Shown here piece after piece: positions 10,232-19,179 of a DNA stretch of 25,933 nucleotides; the first letter of the stretch is position 1, and each line of letters starts with the position of its first letter. The notes under the pieces were generated by a model, which was not told the DNA's origin, ran no database searches, and saw only the letters and a list, made by a program, of their open reading frames with translations. Where the stretch lies: positions 1-25,933 of the IMG/VR virus record IMGVR_UViG_3300005611_000172, one strand, 5' to 3'. The position numbers and the translations under genes were made by a program. The DNA comes from a virus. Taxonomy: Duplodnaviria; Caudoviricetes.

Positions 10232-10639
10232 TTACCTCGCGTCAGTATATGAATAAAAATTTATAGATACAGGCACAATCTGCCATGATCCATCAATCGT
10301 TGCGGGTAAAATCGAAACTCCCGAAATCCGCACGTTTGTCCCATTATATGTCAAAGTTGTCCCTCTTTTGAAATGGTCTGCGACTGAATCTGGAATCGCT
10401 GTACGACCACTCCCCGCACCAGTGAATACATCGACTTGATAAATCGCATCAGTCCGATCTAAACCTGTATCACCTAATCCCACTTGCTCTGTTGCGGCAG
10501 GCAGGAATGTCGGGCGTAAATATGTTTCGTTTGCCGTAGGCTCATACGGCACATTAGGCCAAGCAATATCATACCCGCCGGAAATCGTGTTGAGACGATT
10601 ATCAAGTGCGGCCTGTATGTCGTTGAATACTGTACTCAT
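10232..10639 (-). CDS. Tail terminator protein
   Basis: 135 aa with IAWPNV.YEP, YQVDVF..AGSG and ADHFKRG motifs, directly upstream of the tube gene. Confidence 0.8.
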   Translation of the reverse strand: MSTVFNDIQAALDNRLNTISGGYDIAWPNVPYEPTANETYLRPTFLPAATEQVGLGDTGLDRTDAIYQVDVFTGAGSGRTAIPDSVADHFKRGTTLTYNGTNVRISGVSILPATIDGSWQIVPVSINFYSYTDAR

Positions 10640-10995
10640 CTCAACTTACTCACTAACAATGCGACATTCCGTCTTAACATTCCTTGCGGAGCTTGCTTAG
10701 AATATCCTTCTTCGATACGACGAGCATAGGGCAAATTATTAACGAACCAGAATATATTGCCTATCTTTAAACTGTTCAGTGTCGATTCTGCATCCTGCTC
10801 CGGCTTTCCTGTCTGTAATTCACCACTGGCAGGCACATTCAACGTCGATTGCCAGTTGTTACGCAGTCTGCCCGTATCGACAGGAGTTTCTCGAATGACG
10901 CGACGAGTGAATGACAGCAATGTTCCGCGAATCGTTTTCTCGTGAAACTTACTCAGGTTGACTGATGCTCGAATCAAGTCATTTTCAACACTCAT
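10636..10995 (-). CDS. Neck / tail-completion protein (HK97 gp10-like)
   Basis: TPVDTGRLRNNW and NNLPYARRIEEGYSKQAPQGM signature motifs. Confidence 0.85.
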   Translation of the reverse strand: MSVENDLIRASVNLSKFHEKTIRGTLLSFTRRVIRETPVDTGRLRNNWQSTLNVPASGELQTGKPEQDAESTLNSLKIGNIFWFVNNLPYARRIEEGYSKQAPQGMLRRNVALLVSKLR

Positions 10996-11342
10996 GCTCT
11001 CACCTGTAAGTTGACTGACAGCAGGGTATCAGCAGGTTTGTTTTCTGATATAGAGATAATCCGGTAGTCAATCGAATCAATTGAAACGCTGTCATTGATG
11101 GCGAACTCATGTGGTTCAGCCAATAAGCGACGATCTCCCTGTTGGATCGTTGTGTTGGTTATCTCATTATCTGCGTAATCAAATACACAGCAATACTTGT
11201 CGAATGTCGATGCAGAGTCAGATGTTTGACCTGTATTCGGGTCATACGCCCCTTTTGTTGTTCGTGTAAAGGTCAATTGCTTGCCAAACTTAGTGATGAG
11301 TGCGGTAGCAGATGTCGAGAGAGGCGAATAATTGAAAGCCAT
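10992..11342 (-). CDS. Head closure / head-tail joining protein
   Basis: 116 aa with LITKFG, GAYDPNTG and IQQGD motifs; follows the adaptor gene. Confidence 0.75.
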   Translation of the reverse strand: MAFNYSPLSTSATALITKFGKQLTFTRTTKGAYDPNTGQTSDSASTFDKYCCVFDYADNEITNTTIQQGDRRLLAEPHEFAINDSVSIDSIDYRIISISENKPADTLLSVNLQVRA

Positions 11343-11815
11343 TACAACCTCGTCACAACTCCGGCAGGCATTACAATCCGATTCATAGCGAACGTCAGTG
11401 CAGGTGTGATCTTGCGATTGTCAGAATTATCTGCATATTCAACAGAAATATCACCTACTTGCTCTCGTTTCGTTTTTCTCTCTTGGGCATTGAGTTCTGA
11501 ATCACCATCAAGTTGTACTTTCGTCGCCTCATAGAGAGCATTCTTAACTTCTTTCGGTATCTCCGTAGCCTCTGCGTAGTATCCATCGATCAACGCTTCG
11601 TTTCGAGGCCACTGCAACAATTGATTCTCGTTCGCCTTGTTACCGATGAAAAACTGCCTCTCGAACCAATCCATCGCACGATAGATACCCGCTTCGATTG
11701 CGTCATCTGTTCCAACAGTAATATCACGATCTTCTGCCCATACTTTGTATTCAGCAACAGTGATGTAGGAATTTGCGCCTGAAACGACAGAACCGTCTTC
11801 GATTACGAGAGCCAT
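11342..11815 (-). CDS. Head-tail adaptor (often labelled DnaT-like) protein
   Basis: MALVIEDGS..GANSY, QLLQWPR, IPKEVKNA and EQVGDISVEY motifs; first gene after the capsid gene. Confidence 0.8.
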   Translation of the reverse strand: MALVIEDGSVVSGANSYITVAEYKVWAEDRDITVGTDDAIEAGIYRAMDWFERQFFIGNKANENQLLQWPRNEALIDGYYAEATEIPKEVKNALYEATKVQLDGDSELNAQERKTKREQVGDISVEYADNSDNRKITPALTFAMNRIVMPAGVVTRL

Positions 11816-11826
11816 ATTAAATCCTC

Positions 11827-11854
11827 AAAGAAACGGGGCGACTTTCGCCGCCCC
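11827..11854 (-). terminator. Rho-independent terminator after the major capsid gene
   Basis: Minus strand GGGGCGGC-GAAA-GTCGCCCC (8-bp stem with one G-U, GNRA loop) followed by GTTTCTTT. Confidence 0.85.
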
Positions 11855-11860
11855 ATTCTA

Positions 11861-13021
11861 TTAGCCAAGCAAGAGAGCGATGTAGTCTGGCTTGAAGGCT
11901 TTTACGCCCCAAGAAGCCGCGACTTCAATCATTGTCTTACGGTAGCCTTTGTAGACACGAACTTCAAAGATAAGTCCTGAAGTTGGATCAACAACAGTCA
12001 ATGCATCTTCAGCCGCATCACCGCCTTCTGGGACAGCAGGAGGACGCATAGCTAACTCAAGAGCCGCACGATGGAATGCTACGTTCGCTGTGTAGCTGTT
12101 ACCGATAGTCATTTCGGTAGTATCAGCAACGATTTCGCGCAATCCAGTTGGGTTCAAGATGATGTCACCAGTTGTCGCTGTAAGGCCAGTACCTACAACG
12201 TACTGGTTCACAGTGTCGCCTGCGAAAGTAACAACGTCACCTGCTTTGATACCAGTTGTGTTCACAGTACCACCATCAAGAGTGATTGTTGTGCCACCAA
12301 CCGCACCTGCACCGTTAAGGTCATAGCCTGCACCCGCGCCTTTAGTGTGCGCTTGTACTTGTGCTGATTCCTTAATCATCATGCCCTGAAGGTCAAGCAA
12401 TGTACCTTGACGGAGTAGCTGATCGTTACCCGCTTGGTTCACTGACTGCAATTGAGCAAGTTGACGCAAGTTAGTGCCTGCTAATGTGTTCAAAACGAGT
12501 GAACACTGCCCATCGTTTACAGGCATTCCATTGTCTACGAGGATCTGACGAACTTCAGCGATCTCTGAGAAGTTAGATCCGAATGGAGTTGTCCCTGCTG
12601 TACCAAAAGCGCGTGAAGCGTTTTGATATGCTTCGATAGCAAGATCTTCTTCCATTTCGTTCACGAGAGTACGCATTGCCTGCGAGATTTGGTCACCGTA
12701 TACAGTCTCAAAACCGATACCGTTGTTCAAATGCAGGATGTCTTCACCTGTGTATGGGATCTGTACTGCACGAGAGTTGCTGATCGTCAACGTCTTGTTG
12801 TCAACCGTCTGATCTGTTCCTTCAGGAATAGTCATTGCTTCAGAGACATCTACCGCAGTTGCAGAGCGAGTGAATGAAGCACGAACTACATCACCTTTTG
12901 CCGCACGAACAGATACGTCAGAGTTAATTGTGGATGATGGAATGAAGCCAACAAGCTCCCTTCCCACTACGTCAGCCGCCTTATAGATGTCAGCGGCAAG
13001 ATCGGTCAATACGTTAGCCAT
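11861..13021 (-). CDS. Major capsid protein (P22 coat-like)
   Basis: 386 aa after the scaffold gene. DVVGRELVGFIP, NVAFHRAALELAMR.P and DPTSGL.FEV..YKGY...WGVKA motifs; strong AAGGAG RBS. Confidence 0.9.
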   Translation of the reverse strand: MANVLTDLAADIYKAADVVGRELVGFIPSSTINSDVSVRAAKGDVVRASFTRSATAVDVSEAMTIPEGTDQTVDNKTLTISNSRAVQIPYTGEDILHLNNGIGFETVYGDQISQAMRTLVNEMEEDLAIEAYQNASRAFGTAGTTPFGSNFSEIAEVRQILVDNGMPVNDGQCSLVLNTLAGTNLRQLAQLQSVNQAGNDQLLRQGTLLDLQGMMIKESAQVQAHTKGAGAGYDLNGAGAVGGTTITLDGGTVNTTGIKAGDVVTFAGDTVNQYVVGTGLTATTGDIILNPTGLREIVADTTEMTIGNSYTANVAFHRAALELAMRPPAVPEGGDAAEDALTVVDPTSGLIFEVRVYKGYRKTMIEVAASWGVKAFKPDYIALLLG

Positions 13022-13049
13022 TGGGCTATCTCCTTACCTTAATTAATTA

Positions 13050-13706
13050 CTAGACCAATTTCCCGCCAGATTTGAAGAACTCAGATCGCTTTTTTTGATC
13101 TAGTTGCTCGAAATCTTCACGAGACATTTCTCTTGCGCCCACATCAGCCCCGCCTTGTGGTCTGGTAGCCCCGCCACCTTGTGCTTGTGATCCATCCACT
13201 AAGAATGGATAATTCTGCTTAATTGTAGCAGTTAAGTCATCAACAGTGCTAACTGTCAATTGTCCACTGTCATCAAGCACCTTCAACTCGCCTTCAACCA
13301 CAGAAAGTCTGGTTGCGATTTGCTGTTCGAGCAACTTGGCTCTAGCTGTGTCTTTAGTCAAAGACGATGCAACTCGTTGCGCTTCTGCTGTGATCTTTTG
13401 CCGTTGAACGGCATGATTCATTTCTTCGATTTTTTTCCGTAAGCCATTGGCTTCGGCTTTTTGGCTTTCATAGAGTTCTTTGAATTGCCCGTTTTCTTGA
13501 GCAGTCCTTTCCGCTTCAGTTCTTGCCTTGGCATCTGCTTCTTCCTTTGCTTGCTGAATACGTTTCTTCTCAGCGAGAAGTTCGTCATTCTTGGCTTTAA
13601 GTCCTGCGACCGTCTCTTCGATCTGAGCCTGTGCGTACTTCTGCACATCCTCTGTCAATTTACTCTTGAGTTCCTCTGGAAGCTCTACTTCATTCAAAAA
13701 TTCCAT
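13050..13706 (-). CDS. Capsid scaffolding protein
   Basis: 218 aa coiled coil with GLKAKNDELLAEKK, YPFLV.GS.A.GGG and C-terminal MSREDF; directly upstream of the capsid gene. Confidence 0.85.
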   Translation of the reverse strand: MEFLNEVELPEELKSKLTEDVQKYAQAQIEETVAGLKAKNDELLAEKKRIQQAKEEADAKARTEAERTAQENGQFKELYESQKAEANGLRKKIEEMNHAVQRQKITAEAQRVASSLTKDTARAKLLEQQIATRLSVVEGELKVLDDSGQLTVSTVDDLTATIKQNYPFLVDGSQAQGGGATRPQGGADVGAREMSREDFEQLDQKKRSEFFKSGGKLV

Positions 13707-13743
13707 GCGTACCTCTGGTTTGCTTGGTTGTAGCTCTGCTACG

Positions 13744-13923
13744 TTAAAGTATTATACCGTTATCTATGAGAGAAAATATCTCCCCGTAGTCAAACTGGAT
13801 CTCTTCAGGCAACTTCTTTACAAGCTCCCTTATTTTATCCAAATCCTTTGTGCTAATGGTATCAGATTTATTCATTAACACCCTGATTTCGTCATGTATT
13901 TCATTCTCTTCACTTATAAGCAT
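13744..13923 (-). CDS. Small acidic protein (59 aa), candidate immunity protein for the MuF C-terminal domain
   Basis: Not in the ORF track. MLISEENEIHDEIRVLMNKSDTISTKDLDKIRELVKKLPEEIQFDYGEIFSLIDNGIIL*, with GAGGAG 10 nt upstream of the ATG. It overlaps the MuF 3' end by 14 nt and fills the gap to the scaffold leader. Confidence 0.65.
   Translation of the reverse strand: MLISEENEIHDEIRVLMNKSDTISTKDLDKIRELVKKLPEEIQFDYGEIFSLIDNGIIL
13750..13756 (-). promoter_or_regulatory. Possible -10 element (TATAAT) for the scaffold/capsid transcript
   Basis: Perfect TATAAT about 45 nt upstream of the scaffold ATG; no convincing -35 at 17 bp. Confidence 0.35.
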
Positions 13924-15769
13924 TAGCGATCATCTCCTCAATTAGTTCTATAAACTTGGGATCACACTTGTCTCTCCGGTTTAGGAAATACGCAGAAAAG
14001 TTATCTGCGAACCATTCGACGGGCTTTGTCTCCGCATATTTACTAGGCGCAGTTGGCACTGACGTTCTTCTATCAAGTAAGTCTCCCCACAAGGACTGCA
14101 ACTTTTTCTCAGTAGGGCTTTGGTATTTACCTCTAGCTTGTGCAAATGCACTCTTTGGAAACTTGTAGGTCTGATGAACATGATGACCAAACTCATGAAT
14201 AATCGTTGATCGGAATGTGTCGAAATAGTTATCTTGGTAATAAGCGACTGACCAAGGCTTTTCACCTTGACTGTCTCCTTGCTTCCATGACGATTTTTGA
14301 CGGGCAGGTTGCGACATTAGTGCGCTTTCTGGCCTCGATCCCATATTCGGAACTCTAGCCCCCATGTATTTTTGATTAATACCCATCGACGCATCACCCA
14401 TATCAGCGTTTGCCCTTCGACTTATCGCCCTGAACGCTCGCAAGTTTGGAATATTAAATGTGCGGGCTAACCCCTCAAGATCATCAATGCAGGCCTCAAG
14501 TCCGACTGATACATCATCGTTGAAGCGACTCGCCTTCCCCCACTTAGGATTTCCACTGAATCTCGTATCGTCATAATGCCTAGGGTCTTGATTGCCTTTC
14601 TCGACATATTCTTTGATTCTGGCCTTGGCCTCTTTAGGTGATTTGAATTTAATGTCAGCGGCGGATCGATATTGATAGAGGCTTGGCTCTGCCTTCGGTT
14701 GAGGGATTGTCTGCTGTACGACCTGTTGTACAGTCATGCCGTTGAACTCGACATCCAGTTGACGTAACTCATCTAGCGACAGGGTGCGACCATTAGGATC
14801 GACAAAACGAGTCAGAGGTAGCTTTTGCTGTTCAAATAGTTTCTGCCTTTCCTTCCCAAGCACTTGAATCTGAAAGGATTTAGGTTGCGTTCGTAGCCAT
14901 TGTTCGTAGTTGAGCTTGCCGTCTACTGGCCTTTTGCCATCAGCACCGAATGAAGCCCTCTGTTCATCCTCATCTGCTAACAGGTCAAACTCCCTTTTGA
15001 CAACAGGGACAGTCGTCGAACGACAGCCAAAATGTGCAGGGGGCTTTGGTGAGCGTTCAGGGTTATTTGATATTGGGTAGATAATCCCATCTCGACTCAT
15101 GCAGATGAATGATGTGCGAGAATCAAGCGTTGCAACCCATTCGTAGCCCTCTAATACATCCTTGTTCTGCTCAAAGGTCATCTGTCGAGACTGATTAGCC
15201 AGATGGTTGGTTAGGGTGCGGATCATTGAGTTCAGTTGATGCCGTTGAAGATCCAACACACCTTTGGCGGTTTGCTGAATCTCCCCTCCGGTTCGACCTA
15301 AGATAAACCCGTCACGAATCGCTTGTATAAACTGGTTGCTCTTTTGCTCCCCGAATCGAGACAAATACCCTTCAACGGTTAAGCCTTGTTGATTCGGTTG
15401 CAGAGTTAAGATGTCAGTGAAGAATCCAGAGCGTAACTGATCGGGGCTTGGCGGCAGGAATGGTGCAGATGTGCCATCTCCGATCATCTTTGCAGAGAAG
15501 TTAGCCTCATACTCCATGAAATCGATGCCAAATTGCGAGTAATCAGCAGTAATCTCACCAAAGGTTGCTCTAGCATACTGCCTGAGATCGTCTAATTGCA
15601 TCTGATAGCGCATTTCAACAGCACTATTTAAGTCACCAGATAAGATCTTGGCTTCGAGTTCGCCCATCAGACGCTCTAGCTTGACTTGCGCCTGCAATGA
15701 CTGCCCTCCGGCAAGCCTCTGTATAAAGATCTGGTGTCGAGTAATCCGACTCAGTAAGTCTTCAGACAT
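13910..15769 (-). CDS. MuF (SPP1 gp7-like) minor head protein with C-terminal zinc metallopeptidase domain
   Basis: MuF motifs YEWVATLDSRTS..C..RDG and PPAHFGCRS. A long C-terminal extension carries HEFGH (14183-14197) and SKYA....EWFADNF (Glu at 14015-14017). Confidence 0.9.
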   Translation of the reverse strand: MSEDLLSRITRHQIFIQRLAGGQSLQAQVKLERLMGELEAKILSGDLNSAVEMRYQMQLDDLRQYARATFGEITADYSQFGIDFMEYEANFSAKMIGDGTSAPFLPPSPDQLRSGFFTDILTLQPNQQGLTVEGYLSRFGEQKSNQFIQAIRDGFILGRTGGEIQQTAKGVLDLQRHQLNSMIRTLTNHLANQSRQMTFEQNKDVLEGYEWVATLDSRTSFICMSRDGIIYPISNNPERSPKPPAHFGCRSTTVPVVKREFDLLADEDEQRASFGADGKRPVDGKLNYEQWLRTQPKSFQIQVLGKERQKLFEQQKLPLTRFVDPNGRTLSLDELRQLDVEFNGMTVQQVVQQTIPQPKAEPSLYQYRSAADIKFKSPKEAKARIKEYVEKGNQDPRHYDDTRFSGNPKWGKASRFNDDVSVGLEACIDDLEGLARTFNIPNLRAFRAISRRANADMGDASMGINQKYMGARVPNMGSRPESALMSQPARQKSSWKQGDSQGEKPWSVAYYQDNYFDTFRSTIIHEFGHHVHQTYKFPKSAFAQARGKYQSPTEKKLQSLWGDLLDRRTSVPTAPSKYAETKPVEWFADNFSAYFLNRRDKCDPKFIELIEEMIANAYK

Positions 15770-16054
15770 TTACCACTTCACTTTGTCAGCCCAAAAAGCC
15801 GCAGACATCTTCCCCTTTGCGATATTCTTTGCGTGACGAGCTTTAAATGATGCCCGTTTCTGTTTCATTGCCTCAGACTCTCCGGCCTTTGGCTTACCTG
15901 CTGTCTTTGCGCCCTGTTGCCCAAATCGAATGGTCTTCACCTTATCGCCTTCTTTCGCAACGACGACATGAGATTTTGTCGGATGACTTGGGGTACGCTT
16001 TGGTTTGTTGAATCCTTCTACACCAACTCGCTTCAGTCTTGGGTCTTTAGCCAT
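15770..16054 (-). CDS. Small highly basic conserved phage protein
   Basis: 94 aa, Lys/Arg-rich, with KTIRFGQQG and RASFKARH...SAAFWA...W motifs; gene is tightly packed with its neighbours. Confidence 0.8.
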   Translation of the reverse strand: MAKDPRLKRVGVEGFNKPKRTPSHPTKSHVVVAKEGDKVKTIRFGQQGAKTAGKPKAGESEAMKQKRASFKARHAKNIAKGKMSAAFWADKVKW

Positions 16055-16311
16055 TACTTTGATCTCTTACTTGCCCGATGCTTTTTGATCGCTTCCCACT
16101 GCTTCGAGTCTACTGCGCGAGCTTTGCCGCCCGTCAGCACTGAATTGACGCGAGCCATTCCCCATTGTTGAGGTGATGCGCCAACTCGACGGCCTGAAGT
16201 AACAGCCGCACCCATGCCCTTCTCATAGATTTGCTTCAAAGCACCATAAGGTGCATTTGCTTCTTTGGCCTTACGTTGTAGTGCTTTCTTTGCTCGATCA
16301 CTTATTGCCAC
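16054..16311 (-). CDS. Small basic protein, resembling the C-terminal half of DUF5824-like viral proteins
   Basis: Start reassigned to GTG 16311 (AGGAG 8 nt upstream), giving 85 aa. Motif LKQIYEKGMGAAVTSGRRVGASPQQWGMARVNS...GKA...D. Confidence 0.75.
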   Translation of the reverse strand: MAISDRAKKALQRKAKEANAPYGALKQIYEKGMGAAVTSGRRVGASPQQWGMARVNSVLTGGKARAVDSKQWEAIKKHRASKRSK

Positions 16312-16528
16312 CGAAACGACTCCTGTATTTCTTCGTGTAGATAGATTCAGGGATTTTCTTACGCTTGCCTTTAGCAGTTCGATCTCCTGCAAGCTCGCCC
16401 AAGACCTTTCCTTCCTTCTGCATTCTCTCTAACTGTGCCAACCGTTTCGCTCTCTGCGCTCCGGTCAAACCCTCTAAATACTTAGCCGGAATCTTGCGTC
16501 CTGACTTAGTGGTGACTTTCTTAACCAT
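16298..16528 (-). CDS. Small basic protein, resembling the N-terminal half of DUF5824-like viral proteins
   Basis: 76 aa with IPAKYLEGL...GD...ESIYTKKYRSRFG; overlaps the portal stop and the next gene start. Confidence 0.7.
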   Translation of the reverse strand: MVKKVTTKSGRKIPAKYLEGLTGAQRAKRLAQLERMQKEGKVLGELAGDRTAKGKRKKIPESIYTKKYRSRFGGNK

Positions 16529-17927
16529 CCATATTCACGGGCGCAACGCCTCGCTCCTCCTGCACTTCTTCTAATACACGAGTCGATTCAATCAATCCAC
16601 CTGACTTGAGACGATCAAAGATGTCCTTCTCTGCGACAATATTGCGGTCTAAGAGTGTGACCATGCTCATAATCATCTGCGGATCGACTGATTTGTCATA
16701 GAACTCTTTGTTGATTGCAAACGTCGATCCATCTGTATCTGCACCCATGAATTCACCAACCCATCCAATGCAGGTCTTCACGGCCTCAGATAAGTTGCCA
16801 ACAATGTCGCCTAATACTGAATTCTCTGATGCGAACCGGATTCTTGCACCCTCAGCAGTCTCATTGCCGCTTCTATCCGTGATGATTCTTGCGCCGATCA
16901 TGACCATCTGAGACTCCTTCAGCCTCATCGCCTCAAGCACTAACTGGTTCGGATTGGCCTGAAGCAATGTCGCTGATCCTGTCTCACCTAACAGATGACC
17001 AGATCGTGAGCCTAACTGAATGCCTTTCGGGTTCATTGACCGGAATTGCTCGTCACTTAATGACGTTGTAAGGAACAGGCTTGGTTGCCCGATCAGGAAG
17101 CAGGACTCTTCGTAGTCTGCTGAGTTTCGATAATGAGCCATGTTGATGTCAGCAATGTCAGACAGTGGAGCATCATCGACAGTCGAATCGTTGTTCTTCG
17201 ATCCTGCAAACTGGAATGGAATGATGTCCCAGACAGAGCCGTCAGCCTTACGAGGATAGAACTCTTCTCCGTATGGCTCTTCATCTCTATATAACTGTTG
17301 TGTATATCCGTCTTCTTTCAGTCGCAAGACACGATATTGCATTTTGTATGTGTGATCGAACTCGTCTTCTGGATCGAGATACTTCTCTGCGAGAGTGACA
17401 GCCACTAATAACTTACGGCCTCGAACCACATCAGTTTTCCAGTTGATGACGGCTTCAGCCAGATACGGAATGATTGATGCTCTAAGCTCCATCCTCGCCA
17501 CATCTTCTGCGCTAAGATTGTCGTCTGCTTGCGGATAATCAACCAAGAACCCACAACGACCCGTCTCTAACAGATTCGATAATTCATCCTTGGCTAACTG
17601 GATCAAACTAAGGCCGTCACCTGTCGCATCATCAATGAGGTATTCGAGATTCTCAGGTAGCTCGAACACAGGATCTTTGCGGAATGCCGCACCGACAAGC
17701 GCATTCTTAGTACGTCCAGTAAAGTTCGTGAATACAGCACGTTTGATATAGTGTCTGTATCGAACCGTTTCAGTTCCCTTGCGTTCATCCCCAGAGTAAT
17801 TGTCAGGCACAGGCAAATATTCGTGCTTCTTCTCTTTGACCTGCACTGTTCCTTTCACAGCATCACGAGTTCGCGCCCAGACAGGCGTGTACTTTTGGAA
17901 GTCGGGATGTTCGGTACTTACTGGCAT
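16521..17927 (-). CDS. Portal protein (DUF4055-type)
   Basis: 468 aa after terL. RY..YIKRAVF.NFT.RT, GRCGFLVDYP, IINW, IPF.F.GS, NMAHYRNSADYEE and ETAE motifs. Confidence 0.92.
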   Translation of the reverse strand: MPVSTEHPDFQKYTPVWARTRDAVKGTVQVKEKKHEYLPVPDNYSGDERKGTETVRYRHYIKRAVFTNFTGRTKNALVGAAFRKDPVFELPENLEYLIDDATGDGLSLIQLAKDELSNLLETGRCGFLVDYPQADDNLSAEDVARMELRASIIPYLAEAVINWKTDVVRGRKLLVAVTLAEKYLDPEDEFDHTYKMQYRVLRLKEDGYTQQLYRDEEPYGEEFYPRKADGSVWDIIPFQFAGSKNNDSTVDDAPLSDIADINMAHYRNSADYEESCFLIGQPSLFLTTSLSDEQFRSMNPKGIQLGSRSGHLLGETGSATLLQANPNQLVLEAMRLKESQMVMIGARIITDRSGNETAEGARIRFASENSVLGDIVGNLSEAVKTCIGWVGEFMGADTDGSTFAINKEFYDKSVDPQMIMSMVTLLDRNIVAEKDIFDRLKSGGLIESTRVLEEVQEERGVAPVNMDG

Positions 17928-17937
17928 AGTTCCATTC

Positions 17938-19179
17938 CTATAACGCGAAATTCACTTCAATGTTCGCTACTGGCCTGATAATCGGCATCTCAAACGCAAT
18001 CGGATAAGTAGTTGCGTCATTCTGGTGATCTACACCAGAGGTTTTGTCCGGCTCACCATTTTTGTACACCTGTTGCTCCAGACATTGTGCCACATTTGGG
18101 CATTTCTTCACATTCACCTTTACCCGACCAGATTCAAGTGCGGCATTCATTGCCATAATCCGATCTCGTACAGCAGGGTTAGACTTCTTGGCTCGTACTG
18201 CAAAGCCTGCCTGTTGAAGCAAAGCAATGTCAGATAATGAGGCGTTGACAGTCTTTCTCGACCCACCAGATGCGTCAGGATAAATCACAATGTCATGGCC
18301 TTTGAATCGACTCTGTATGACCTCAATCATCTCAGGCGTGTCATACATATTGGTTAGTTCATCAACACAATGCCAAGTATGACCACCATCTCGTTTGACA
18401 TAAACCGTTGCGGCCTGCTTGGTGACGTTGAAGTCACATCCGATAAACAGTTGCTCTCCCTTCTTGATCTCCTCGTTCGAGTTCGAGGTCAGCCGATCAA
18501 ATGAACTATAAACCGTCCCTGATTGCAGGTTGACGAACTTGCCTTCCAAATATGCGTCGAGTAAGTGAGTCGGATAAATATCTTTGAGGCTGTCGATATA
18601 ATCTTTGGGCAGATGCGGGTTCGATGATGTTGGTGCTTGAATGATTTCGTAGCCTGCTTTCGGGTTCTGCTTCCATGCCCGATAGACAAACCGGAATCCT
18701 TCTGGTGTTGTCGTCACTCCAATAGTATTGGGTTCACCAGATTCTTTGTGCTGACGATTACGAGATAAGATTTGCATCCAGACTCTCTCAGCATTGTCTG
18801 TCTTGAGCGTATCAAGCTCATCTATATCTGCGTCTGCGTGTTCATAACCGACGATGCGTTCTGGATTATCCATTGATCGGAAGTAGATCGTTCCATATCC
18901 GTCGAGTTCGATCTTAGGGTCAGGCATCTTGGTCAGTGTGTAATCTAATCCAAGTTGATCGAGCGTAGCTTGAAATCGTGGAAAGGCAATCATCCGAATC
19001 AAATCGAATGTTGGCTCGTAGAATCCTCGATTGGTGTTTGGGTTTCGTATCAGACCGAATATGCATCTGAGGATTGCGGCTTCTGTCTTACCTGCACCGA
19101 ATCCTGCGACGAATGCAGGATACTTAGCCTGAGTGTGGATGTAGTCCCATTGAGGACGGGTAGGATTAATCTGCGTCAT
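17938..19179 (-). CDS. terL: Terminase large subunit
   Basis: Walker A VAGFGAGKT, Walker B IDE, TTTPEG coupling motif, and RNase H-like GCDFN, YPDASG and DHQNDA. Confidence 0.96.
   Translation of the reverse strand: MTQINPTRPQWDYIHTQAKYPAFVAGFGAGKTEAAILRCIFGLIRNPNTNRGFYEPTFDLIRMIAFPRFQATLDQLGLDYTLTKMPDPKIELDGYGTIYFRSMDNPERIVGYEHADADIDELDTLKTDNAERVWMQILSRNRQHKESGEPNTIGVTTTPEGFRFVYRAWKQNPKAGYEIIQAPTSSNPHLPKDYIDSLKDIYPTHLLDAYLEGKFVNLQSGTVYSSFDRLTSNSNEEIKKGEQLFIGCDFNVTKQAATVYVKRDGGHTWHCVDELTNMYDTPEMIEVIQSRFKGHDIVIYPDASGGSRKTVNASLSDIALLQQAGFAVRAKKSNPAVRDRIMAMNAALESGRVKVNVKKCPNVAQCLEQQVYKNGEPDKTSGVDHQNDATTYPIAFEMPIIRPVANIEVNFAL

Noticed and set aside
13750-13793. TTGACT ... TATAAT upstream of the scaffold gene as a full sigma70 promoter
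   Set aside because: Spacing is about 31 nt, far from 16-18; only the -10 is retained, at low confidence.
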